Below are positions 46,470 to 60,277 of a stretch of DNA of 64,000 nt, one piece after another. The first letter of the stretch is position 1. Every line of letters begins with the position of its first letter. Origin of the DNA: Azolla caroliniana. Lineage: Eukaryota > Plantae > Polypodiophyta. The position numbers and the translations under genes were made by a program. The notes under the pieces are model-generated. The model saw only the letters and a program-made list of their open reading frames with translations, had not been told where the DNA came from and searched no databases. The stretch is from the NCBI GenBank assembly GCA_043228905.1, contig JBHGNT010000020.1, positions 2,170,001 to 2,234,000 of the forward strand, in the 5' to 3' direction.

Positions 46470-48108
46470 GTTTCACCTGATGGAATTCTTGTTCAGAATT
46501 TCTATGTAAGTTTGCAGTCTTTGCTTAAATGACATCTCATATGTTCTGCCTGCTGGACTTCTTGTTTCCCCTGATGGACTTCTCGTTCAGAACTCGTAAT
46601 TCCTACGTAAGTTCACAATCTGTGCTTCAATGACATCTCATGAGTTCTGCCTGATGGATTTCTTGTTTCACCTAATGGACTTCTAGTTCAGAATTCCTAT
46701 GTAAGTTCACAGTCTATGCTTCAATGACATGTCATGAGTTCTACCTGATGGACTTCTCGTTTAGAATTTCGATGTAAGCTCACAGTCTTTGTTTCGATTA
46801 CACCTGGTGAGATTACATGAGAGATCAAAATCTCTTTCCTTGATTCCTTAATCTCATCTTGTTTCATCACAGCCTCTCTTTCTATAAGACATCACGTTTA
46901 CATGAGAAATTTGCATATCAGAACACAGTTTTCCTTCGTTTGGTGAAGAAATGACAAGGAAACTGTGAATCTCTCTCTCTCTCTCTCTCTCTCTCTGCCA
47001 ATCTATCCAACTTCTTGCTCCCAGATCCATGTCAGAGCGCAACTTTCCTTTCCTGGAATAATTCTCTTCATTTTTCAAATAACTTACAAGGAAATGTGAA
47101 TCGATGTGTCGCTAGTGTCTCTCTCCCTCATCTCTCCTCTTTCTCCTAACTTTTTTCCTTGATTCTCGAATCTCATGAAAGGTCCTGTTTAATCACAATC
47201 ACTTTTGCCTGCACAGTTTTGTCCTTCGTCTTATGAACAAATGATAAGGGAACGGTGAATCTTGGACGGATGAAAATTGCTCTGTCGCTCTCACATAATT
47301 TCTAGCAAATCTAATGGACTTGTTTCTCAGAATTCCATGTTGAGCAAGCTTCACTTCAAACAATCCACTCATTTTCTCAAGAAATGATATGGAAATATGA
47401 ATTTGAACTGATACGATTCCTTCTTTCTCTCCCACGCCTCGTAATCCTTCCTTCTTTCGGCTTTTTACTCATCTCCTTTTCGTCAGAACTTTGCATCATA
47501 GATCACGGTTTCCTTCGTTCCGGGAAGAAATGATAAGAAATTGTGAATCTTGAAACTATGGACATCCCTCTCTCATTATTGCTCATAATTTGTAGTGAAG
47601 CTAATGGACTTCTTTCTCGGAATTCCCTGATACAGTTCCCTCTTTCTCTCTCCCCCTTCTTAATCCTTCCTTCGTTCTGCGTTTTACTCATCTCCATTTC
47701 ATCAGAAATCTGCATCATAGATCACGGTTTCCTTCGTTCTATGAAGAAATGATAAGAAATTGTGAATCTTGAAACTATGGAAATCCCTCTCTCATTTTTG
47801 CTCATAATTTGTAGTGAAGCTAATGGACTTCTTTCTCAGAATTCCCTTGTACAACACAGTTTCATTTAGTTAAATCTACTCAATTTCTCAACAAATGATG
47901 CGGAAATGTGTTTTTCGTTTGGTGCTCGTCTCTCGCACTCTCCAACATTCCTTCTTCATATGAATATGTGAGAACATGAGAGTACATCTCCCAATTTGTG
48001 AAGAATTTATATGTAATTTTGATTTTTGAGATCATGTTTTCTATAAGTTGTGCCAACATTCCCTATGCTTTAATCTAATTGACTTGTTATCGAGAATTGT
48101 ATGTAAGT
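46470..48108 (+). repeat. Array of about eight copies of the HVA22-like first coding exon (~95-bp and 219-bp tandem units)
   Basis: Motif CTRATGGACTT......AGAATT.C.ATGTAAG with starts at 46480, 46574, 46675, 46748, 47314, 47604, 47823 and 48078. Confidence 0.8.
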
Positions 48109-49983
48109 TACACTTTCTTTTATACAATCTATTCTATTTTTGAACCAATGATTGGAAATTCTTTGAATCTAAATATTTGGTTTTTGGCTCGAACTTGCTC
48201 ACCTTGAGCAACCATAAACATATGCTGATTATTTGTGTTCTTTTGTTTTCTCAGTATATGTTTTGGATACCTGTATCCAGCTTGCATGTGCTTCGCAGCG
48301 CTTAATTCTAGCAAGCCGAAATTCGAGCATTTGCGGACATGGTGTCGATATTGGTATGAAATAAGTCTCTTGATTTGTACCATGTAATGGAGAAAAGCTG
48401 TCCTGCCTATATTACGGCAATATGTTTGGTCCTCCTAATCAGTTATCCTTGAATCTCAAAATTTATGGAGCATAAGCGCCTACTTTGTTCTCTTATATGA
48501 TCTATGCATGTCAAGTGAGACATAAGTTTTGATGATTAGATGTGACTTCGTTTTATATGTGCTGCCTTTTTCCTAAATCTCTTATCTCTTGGAAGCCTGC
48601 TATGTTGATTTGTTGTTTTTTGGTATTTGATTCTAATCACTCCCTCTCGCTCGCGCTAAACATATGACAATGACCGTTTTTACTTGCAGGATGATCATGG
48701 CCGTTTTTACTGGAGTTGAGAGAGTGGCAGACACGTTTATATCATGGTATTTATCCATCGGAATTCTATGGAAGTAAGGTAGTTTTGGACATGCATTAAT
48801 CTCTGTATGTTGCCTATGCAGGGTACCATTCTATAGTGGAAGTAAAGTAGCTCTCATAGTTTATCTATGGCTGCCAAATACAAAGGTAGGAGCAGACACA
48901 AACGTAGGTTATAGTCATTATACTGAAACGTGAATGAGGCAAATGTTTGGCTGTATTAAAAGAGTTACACATCGTTATGGATTCTTCACTGTTTACGGAA
49001 GCGAGAAGGAATGTAACTTAGAATCGATTATCATATTTCTCACAAGGACAACGATTCGTTTTTTGTGCCCGATCAAGTGATTTTAAACACTAATAAAGAA
49101 CATTAAACCGATCCAAGCGAGTTCCGCAGTACATGTCTCTGTTAGTCATAGTTTGTTGGAAGTCACATGTTTAGTCATAATCAAAATTTGATCATTGTAG
49201 GGCTCAAAAAGTGTTAGATGTTTCATGAACTAATAACTGTTACACTATCATTGTTCTCAGGGTACAGACTATATCTATGAAACATACATAGAGCCCTTCC
49301 TCTGTCAGCATTTACAATCTTTGGACCAGAACCAGTTTCGCTTAAGGAATAAACTGGTGGAGCTATCAAAATCTCTGTGCAGCAAAGTGTTGATTGCCAT
49401 GCAGCTGAAGCTTATCGGAGTAATTCGTGAGAATGCTGCGGCTTTTCATCCTTTGGTAAGCATCGTTTTCAACCTAAAACCTTTGTTGAATTGGGTAGCG
49501 TGACATGTAGGAATCCATTCTTTGATGAGGGCAAGTTGCAAAGAATTTGTATTTGTTGAATTTATTTTTGGCCGATTGTATTTCTGAAGAATCTCTTTCT
49601 ATTCCTTTCAGGTCCAATCCCTGGTTTCGAGTTACACCTCATGCTGTGCAGAATTGCCTGCAGAGAATATTTTAATTCATGACCCAATACAAGCTCAAAG
49701 TTTAGCATCAACAATGGTGTTTCCGGAGCTTGAAGAGCTATTTCTGGCAGTGGCACCAAAAGATGCTATTGCTAATGATGATAAGCACGAAGTTGATTTC
49801 GAGATACTTGATTCTTCTGATGTTCGGTTGTCTACATCAAATATCTGTGCATCAACTAAAGTCGAGACACATGAATCAATGAAAACGAATATGTATGCAT
49901 CAAGATTTAGGTTTCGATGGTGGAGGCACCGACATCAAGATCAAAAGACGGTCATCACTCCTTGGGCCAAAAGAAAGCACTAG
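46480..49983 (+). CDS. HVA22: HVA22-like (TB2/DP1/REEP family) protein, about 270 aa; exons 46480-46505 (or 46748-46773), 48255-48353, 48690-48746, 48822-48885, 49261-49455, 49612-49983
   Basis: Spliced GT-AG exons give MEFLFRISIICFGYLYPACMCF...LRTWCRYWMIMAVFTGVERVADTFISWVPFYSGSKVALIVYLWLPNTKGTDYIYETYIEPFL; all phases compatible, no stops. Choice of exon 1 is uncertain. Confidence 0.85.
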
Positions 49984-52029
49984 GATTTGAGGATCAAGTC
50001 TTCTTGGTAACAGGATACTCATAGGGCTCACTTATTGTGCGGGAATGGTTTGACCATTTATGTACATTCTATACTAACATCTATCCGGTTGTACATAGAT
50101 AGAAGCACAATATCCGTCCGTTCATAAAAGATTTGGACATGGTGCCGTATGTCCATTTTCAGGTTTTTGAAATCTAATGAAAAGCGACGTTCATTTGAGC
50201 CCAATATGGAAATCCACCTTATCTGGTTATGGAAAAATAAACTGTATATGTACTAGTAAGTTCTTGAGTTTTGGCTACAGATGCGCGAATGGTTAGTATC
50301 AAAAGTTAAACGGGGAACTTCATGAGTTGCACATGGCTTTGAGTAATGACTACACGAGTACAATATAGGTTATAGTATTTCCTATTCTTTTCTGTCTGTC
50401 ACAGCATTACGATTCTTTTGTTAGTGATTCGTAACGAGCTATAATCCTATTGCTATCGAGTTTAATGAGGGGTTTCACTCCTTGTATGATTGATACCACC
50501 GTTAACATGCAAATGATATGAAGCTTCTACGTTAAAAGCCCCAAATGCAATCGTAATTTGTGTACTATAGATGGTAGCATAAGCAACTTTGAGTCTCATT
50601 TAACGTAATTGCAAATTACATGAATGACTTAGAGCTCTTTTGTGATAGAGAAGAAAGCATAGAGTTCAAGTTAATTTTATACATAATTTCTTGATCAAGC
50701 CTTATGGACAAGACTTCTACATGTATCCCGTCATGGGATCACGCAGGTATATTGGAATGTGCCTATCAAATCATATTTAGTCAAAGGTGCATTGATTTCA
50801 CACACGAAACCCCTTCCACAGTTTCTTTGAATTTGTTCTATACCCCTCCCCCCCACTTTCGAAAATTTCCTAACTTACCCCTCCTCTTTTTTGTAATGAG
50901 CCCCACCCTATTTCCCCCTCTATTTCCTCACATACCCCTCCCGCTATGTAGAACTCCTTTGCCCCTCCCCCATTTCTAATATAGTCACTCCTCATATACA
51001 ACTCCACCTTTTCTTAATAATTCCATACACGCGCCTCCCTTGCTTTTTTATCATATGATATGGAAAAGAAACCGCATATTTTAGTTCTTATAACAACTAA
51101 AACAAATCATCACCCCCCCCCGCTCCCCACTAAAACTCCAGTTTATACGTCCAAACCAAAAAACGGGTAGCGAGGCGTGCTAAACGAATTAGATGCCTTA
51201 CACCCTTGTAAACACCTTTTTTACGTACTAGATAGGCCCCCTTCAACACGTGATACGTACATGTGGCTAGGTAGAACAAACTAGATGGATGCACTATTGT
51301 TTCATAAGATCTATATACTACCTCCTTTCGCGTGCTTGCTCATAAAAATGCTACCTCATGCATCGCCAGATTTGGGGAACGATGGAAGGAAAGACTTATT
51401 AAACTTCTGAATTAAATGTTACCGCTTAAAACAAAGGGTGTTCTTAATCATTAGTATACTTCCAATTTGATCTCACCTACAACAAATAAGAACTAGCCAT
51501 GGCCCATACCCTTTGCACAAGATATCCTTGATAGAAATCAATGATTCACTTGTTATGGACAACATATATCCACCATTTTTAGGGTGGTTTAAAGGAAAAT
51601 CCTCTTGGTTGTCTTCCCCAACAATTTAAAGGGCCGTACCTTTTACTTCCTTTTATTAGATAAAATTTTAGCATTTTTGGATTAATCAAAAAACTAAGAG
51701 CAACATAGGAATTTGGTCAAACCACCTAATGTGGTTGCTGTAAAGAATAGTCAGCAGCTATAGAGTGCTTTCTAATATTTCCGTTCGCGTAGTGATTCAG
51801 AGGATTAGGAGAAGGGTTTTTATGTAAGACAACAATGGTGATTATAGTTAAGCACCACCGTTTATTAATTACGTTTTACTCTTTGTTGAATCTTCTCACC
51901 TTTCTACTCTTAAGTAATTCATTCCACTCTTTAAGCAATTCATTCAATAGCTCTTCATCACTGTTAGTTACTAAATTAATTAGAGGTACGCAGTATGTGA
52001 AATACTTGACATCGATGAAATACTACCAT

Positions 52030-52590
52030 CACAACATACAAAAGTGAAAAATGTCATTTTTGCTTGGATAAAAGGCTTAGCCCTCTACCTTTGTATATGG
52101 CCCAACATACGAGTGTAGCTATGTTGTGCATTGGTAGAAAATAGGAGGTAAGCCTTCCAAGAATAACAAGGCTTGCTCTTTTGCTCCACCATGTATATTG
52201 TATATACACCCTCTATTGCAAGTTAGTCTTGCATAACATACCTTCAAGCTCTCTGTCTAATTTGCTTAACTCTAACCAAGTCCATCTATAGGTTTCCATG
52301 CATATACGTATTCCACCACAAATGCCAACAAGTGGTATCAGAGCATTCCATCAAGTTTTGCAACAGAGAAACGGACCAGAAAATTCGACAAGAGCTGACT
52401 TGAAAACCCTTCCCAAAATCATAGAATTGTCAAAGTCCACGACTGAATCAGCAATCTTCAGACCCTCTCTGAGTATTGCTCAAGAAGACCGAATTCAAAT
52501 CGAATTGACAACAAACCCAACCGATCCATTGCTAAGTAACAACAAACTCCACATTTATCCACGTTTCACAACCATCCAAGAGGGCTGACC
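52030..52590 (+). mobile_element. LTR end, tRNA-Met-i PBS (52333-52344) and leader of a truncated LTR retroelement
   Basis: ...GCCAACA AG TGGTATCAGAGC; outer boundaries uncertain. Confidence 0.5.
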
Positions 52591-52599
52591 ACACTGTGG

Positions 52600-53270
52600 A
52601 GTACATATCAAATCAATGTTTTGCGATGAGATTTTCATTCTCTTAGTGATTTTGGCATACATTTCTTTCCCAATTTCAACAGCTCCTTCATTGGCACAAG
52701 CTTAGAATACGTGGATGCACGCGACTCCATTCGACAAATCATCTTCAAGTTGCATTTTTTCAAAACGATAAAATGCTCTCTGGGAGCACGTCTCGCCAAA
52801 GGAGACTTCCACATGACTATATTCCAAAGTCCAAGCCGGGTTTTAAATACATGTCAACCAATGCACCGCTGAGAGTGTCATTGCCCTATATAAACCCATC
52901 TAATCACGGCCCTCGAATGTATTGTTTTGCCTTCGTAGGCTTCCTGTCGGCTTCTCCTAAGTTTCCACATGCTTTCAAGACAGTGAGAAAGACTGGAGAT
53001 CTTATCCATCTTCGTATGCTCCAAGTGTATCAATGCTTCTTCAATGTTTCCACGTGCACAATGTCCAGGAATGAATACATTCCATGAGACTGTGCGCATC
53101 TCGAGTTCAAAGCTTGTCTAATGCTAGTTGTGCGTTGACGTATCCGCAGTTGTCATACATCTCCATTGAATCATTTCCAAACACCGCATCTTTCTCTAAT
53201 AAGAGATCGGCAATAGTTTCAGCGGGTAAATGTGTTTCTTTTCCATACAACCCATAAGCTGCCACATGCT
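52600..53270 (-). pseudogene. Pentatricopeptide-repeat (PLS-type) gene remnant
   Basis: TVSWNVFIPGH...GNIEEAL, EGKTIH, SGALVDMY and ACANEGAVEIGKEM-like motifs with stops and frameshifts. Confidence 0.6.
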
Positions 53271-53289
53271 GTTAAGATGCTAGTGCATC

Positions 53290-53490
53290 TGGTAAGTATA
53301 GCTTCCGGTCTGAATCCAGTCTACATCCCCTTTAGCCTCTGAATCGCCTCTGGGTGCTCCCCCCATTCGAACTTCCTGCCCTTCTTCATCAAGCCATAGA
53401 GTGGCTCGGCGATATGAGCATAAAGGGGAATTCAGATGTGGTAGAAGACGCATGCTCGAAGGAACCGTCGGATGTTCGTGAACCGACCTG
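53290..53490 (-). mobile_element. Gypsy RT/RNase H connection fragment
   Basis: RRFLRACVFYHI.IPLYAHIAEPLYGLMKKGRKFEW matches 39400-39520. Confidence 0.75.
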
Positions 53491-53494
53491 CAAG

Positions 53495-53755
53495 AGTTAT
53501 TAGTTGGTAAGGTTGTGTCGAATGGAGACCAAAAGGTCATGTGTTCAACCCTTATTACATTTCACAAATGCCAATGGATGTAGCTAAATTGGTGTGTCCA
53601 ATAGAGGTTGCAAGGGTCATGGGTTCAACCCCCACATTCCATAGTGGCACCTAGTAAATTAAGAGGATATAGATGGGAGTAATAGAGAAATGAGCAGATT
53701 GGGTTTCCAACCCAAGACCTACGGTTATAAGCCTAACACCTTACTACTAATTATA
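53495..53755. other. Three degenerate tRNA-like (SINE-head) segments
   Basis: A-box-like TAGCTAAATTGG with B-box-like GGTTCAACCC at 53580-53635; similar segments at 53495-53555 (+) and 53690-53755 (-). Confidence 0.35.
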
Positions 53756-55043
53756 ATAAAAAAGAGAATAGAGTGCGGTACTTTTAAGGTAAGCTAATTA
53801 TGATAAAAAAGAGATAGAGTGTGGTATACATGGGTTAGTGGACCCCAAGAGATCACCCCTCTTTGCATTTTCTACTATCATCAATACAACGTTGCACCTT
53901 AATAAATGTTGAAGGAGTGATGTTTCAATGTTCCGCGCTATCGTAATATTACTTATTGGTTTGCTTTTTTTTCTCTACATTGTGTCATTTCTCCCTTATC
54001 TTTCTTATGAAGTGTTTACACTTACAATACTAATTATTATATTTTGCGCCGAAGTATGGTTCTATACATTCCTTGAAAAAAAACCCTAAATTATTATCAT
54101 TACATCAAGAAGTAGCTTATCACTAATTCCCATGATGGAAGGTCTAATGCAATATGGTAACCAAATTGTTTCAATCAAGAAGAGATGAAAATGTGATAAT
54201 ATGACATCCCATAAGGAACACCAAAACCCTAAATAAATAAGATGGATGAGGTGATAAGTTGCCAAATGATAAACTCCTAAAACTAGTTTGTCGGTGATGT
54301 ATGATATCCTATGTGGTAAGAGTATATGACATCCCACATGTCAAGGATACAATACATCACTAATACCCACACTAATTGACAACGATTTAACTTGCAAGTG
54401 GTGCAAACTTGCAAAGCTTTTTTAATGTATTACACACAAGATATCAAGGATATGAGCTAACGATTTAACTTTGCATTTAGATCATTGCAAGGGATTTGGC
54501 AAATGTAAAATCTCAAATGGCAAACATGATAAATTAACCTAAATATGACCTTTACTACTCATGTTTAATCACTCAATTTAAGGAAGACATGAGAAACCAA
54601 ACACAAAGATTAGCCAAGAAACACTTAACACAAAAGAATTAAGGCAAGACTAGGGCTCTGAGAGAGAGAGAGAGAGTATAGGGAGATAATCTTAGCTGAA
54701 AGGTAGTCTAAAAAATGATGTGTAAAGATTTTGTTTTCATCTTTACATTCCTTAAAACATTTGACTATTAATAATGATGTCTTTTCCTAATTTGATTTCT
54801 CTTTCCAAATTTTAGCTTAAATGAATTTACAAAAATCCATCATGAATAACAATATGACCAACGATAACTTTATTAAAACTAATGACAAAAACTGAGGCCA
54901 TTCTGCTTATAAATCCTCACTATATTTCCCAAAGTAGAAGTTCTGGTGTTTCAAGCAAAAAAATACGGTCAACATGAATACAATACTAGGAAGCCAACAA
55001 AATCAGGAAGGCTATATGGAATGACAACAATCATATAAATCAA

Positions 55044-57285
<2,242 letters not shown>

Positions 57286-57381
57286 GGCGAGACAATGAAG
57301 CAGCTCAGACGAAGAACAGCGACAACAACAGAAGCAGATGGTGAGGATTACAGACGAAGAAAAAGGAAGAAAAAGCTATGG

Positions 57382-57389
57382 AAACCCTA
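57382..57389. promoter_or_regulatory. Telo-box (AAACCCTA) upstream of RPL10
   Basis: Exact motif about 100 bp upstream of the ATG; typical of plant ribosomal protein genes. Confidence 0.6.
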
Positions 57390-57467
57390 GCATGAAATTC
57401 TTTGTTCTTCTTATGACAAGTTGTGGAGTTATGACCCCCATGTTTTCTTAAACTACAAATGTGACTC

Positions 57468-57788
57468 AAGCCGGAACCGAGACGTTAAACCGTTTTTAAA
57501 GGGTTTGGAGGTTCGGTTCGGTTCAGTCTTGAGCTTCCTCAACCGGTTTTGAGCTCGGTTTGGGATGGCTTGAGCCAAACCGAACCATTTTGAGCTAAAC
57601 CGGTTAAAGGTAATTGGTTTGGCTAAACCAGCTCCTAAACCTATTTAGGCCAAACCGGTTAAGCTTAAAGCGGTTTAGGAGCCCCGGTTCATTCCGTTCA
57701 AGTTTGAAAACTCCCAAACAGGCTTCACCAATTTGGTATGTATAGTGCCAAACTAGTTAAGCCGAAACCAAACCGTTGCCGATTCCTA
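57468..57788. mobile_element. Truncated hAT-like MITE in the RPL10 promoter
   Basis: Dense AAACCG/CGGTT repeats; one TIR-like end CCGTTGCCGATTCCTA; no second TIR or TSD found. Confidence 0.5.
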
Positions 57789-58047
57789 GTAAGTCAACTT
57801 CATCATCATATGAAATGTTTGAAGGAGGAACTACATGTTATGAAAAATATGACTATTCAAATGCAAGATAACCGAATGGCTGAAATAAAAAGAAAATTGT
57901 TAAATCGAGATGTAGAAAAAGAGATCTTAATGAAGGCAAATGTTGAAATGAAATCTATACTTGAAGCAGTGGAAAGACATTCTCCTAAGAGAAACATCTA
58001 GTGCATATAAAAGCTTACAATGAATTCTAATGCTACAAATGTACAAG

Positions 58048-58148
58048 ATACAAAAGAGCAATATGAACTTGAAGAAAAAGAAAGAATACAAAAGAGCAAT
58101 ATGAACTTGAAGAAAAAGAAAGAATACAAAAGAGCAATATGAACTTGT
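58048..58148. repeat. 38-bp tandem repeat (about 2.6 copies)
   Basis: ATACAAAAGAGCAATATGAACTTG at 58048, 58086 and 58124. Confidence 0.9.
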
Positions 58149-59319
58149 TATTAGAGTCATGCAAGAGAATACTCTTTCTATTATAGAGAATACTACAAAA
58201 TTCTTTGCAAAGCAAGTTGTTATGTGAGATGTTACTATATATGCAACACATTGGGTTGGTAAGAAAAGGTTAGAAGGAACATCTTATTGAGCTATTGTTT
58301 GTACAACCTTCGATCAACGTAAAAAAGTTGTCATTTTAGATAGTAGTGAGTATATCTCACAGGTACAAGTTTCTTCATAATGGACAATTAAACTCCAAAA
58401 GAGCAAGAATGTAAAAGGCAAGCATATGCATCTAAAAAAGGATTTCAAAATGCAAAGCAAGTGATAGCCGATGGGACTACACATACATCGAGTAAAAAAA
58501 TCATGTTTTAGAATTGTACAAGATATCCAAGGGATAAAAAGGTTAGAACTAAGATTCAAAGGATTGCATTGTGACAAATTATGGAAGAATTCTCATATAT
58601 ATGCTTAATTGTGTTAAATTGTATAAATATTTTTACTTTGACAAATGCACTCACAAGTTTGTTAGCCTCAGGTGGAGGAAGTGTGGTGGATTATGTATGA
58701 ATTAAGGCATGCAAATTATCCATGGTTAACGCATTTAAGATTGGTCCTTTATCTTGTGACTCATATTATAAGCCCTGGTACATGGACTTACACTCTCACA
58801 CCTATAGAGTGAAAGAGAAAAGAAGATACATTATTTGTCCTTGTTATAAAAAAGCTAAGATATATGCAAAAGAAATTGAGAACCATTTGTTAAAGTTATT
58901 TTTAGGCAATTATGTTAAAAGAAACTCAAAACATATGAAAGATATTATAGTTGAGGTAGGATATCAATGCTTTCAAATGCATGTTGGCAGACATAAAAAA
59001 TCTCGTTCCCCATGTAAATATTGATTTGGTGAGGAATGTGAGATGTATCTCAAACTGCATAAGTTCGCAAAAGGAGAAAATGAAAGGGCCATAGCATGAC
59101 ACCAATATATAAAGATAGTGAGGAGAAAGAAAAGAGAACACTTCCATATGCAAGAAACGGAAAAAAAGTTGTTTAACCTCCCACAAATAATCTTGACTGT
59201 AACAACTTCACATCTTGGATGTACTTGATGATCTGATAGCTTGTCAAACAAGGTTATTGGCATTACATTGACAGGGCACAAACAAAAAAACCTGACTAGA
59301 CACAACTATCGGGCATAGA

Positions 59320-59560
59320 AGCATCTAATGAGTTGAGTCTTATATTGTCTAGTCGTATGTGTTCACTACCACATGCCCGATTTCCCAAGATGTGAAGATC
59401 TCAAAAGAAGCATGGGACACCCTGAAGAAGATCTTCGTCGTGCTCGAAAGATCCAACTTAGCCAAGAGCATAATCAATTTCGGTAGAGCGATATGTCTGT
59501 GACGGACTACACATCAAATTTCAAGGACCTCTGCAATTCCCTCAAATCGATTAGATGGTG
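59320..59560 (+). mobile_element. Copia gag remnant
   Basis: EAWDTLKKIF...ARKIQLSQE...DMSVTDYTS.FKDLCNSL, homologous to B and C gag. Confidence 0.65.
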
Positions 59561-60277
59561 CAAGTATGCCTAAGTGGCCTTGCACAATGGTTTAGGATGT
59601 TAGGATGCCATATGCACAAGACAGAAGAGAACCATGTGAAGGCCATGAAGAGCACGATGAATGATGGTAAGATTGTTTAGGGTTAATGATAGGGGTGGTA
59701 ATGGGGTGTTGATGAATGTTTGATGGCGCCAAGATGTTGTGGGGTGGGGGGTGGTGTCTAGAATGGTTGCACCCCACTCCAAGGGGGTTCAACATGAGGG
59801 AAAGAGAGGGAGAGAGAGAGACGTCAAAGAGAGAGAGGAGAGAGGAAGCTTTTTCTTCATATTCCATTCATGCCCCATAAGGGGGTTAAATAGTGCAATA
59901 AGAGTTAGATACATAAGGGTGCTTACCCCTCCATCCATTCACACACACAATTCTCTCACACCCTTTCCTATCTACCCACGTGCACACACATGTGCATGTG
60001 CTCATATAATTACGCATATACTCACACTTACATTCACACTCACTCTCGTGCACATTTGCACATACACAACAACAAAACTATAGATTTTCACCCTTTTCCA
60101 TCCCCGTACATCTCACATGGGTAACATAGATGCTCTATACGCACTCAAATGGAGGTAAAGGATGTGAGCTTGGAAGAAAAGGAAGACCAAGCTGAGGAAG
60201 TTGTGGTCAAGGTCTACAACAAGCAAAGTGAAGGGATCGTATCGACTATTTGTGAGGAAGATATTCTAAAAGACATC

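Noticed and set aside
46011-46532. Poly-Met, poly-His, poly-Ile and poly-Ser ORFs
   Set aside because: Translations of a (CAT)n/(CTT)n microsatellite in several frames.
58200-59320. Possible very old gypsy pol remnant
   Set aside because: Only vague resemblance; no diagnostic motif could be read with confidence.
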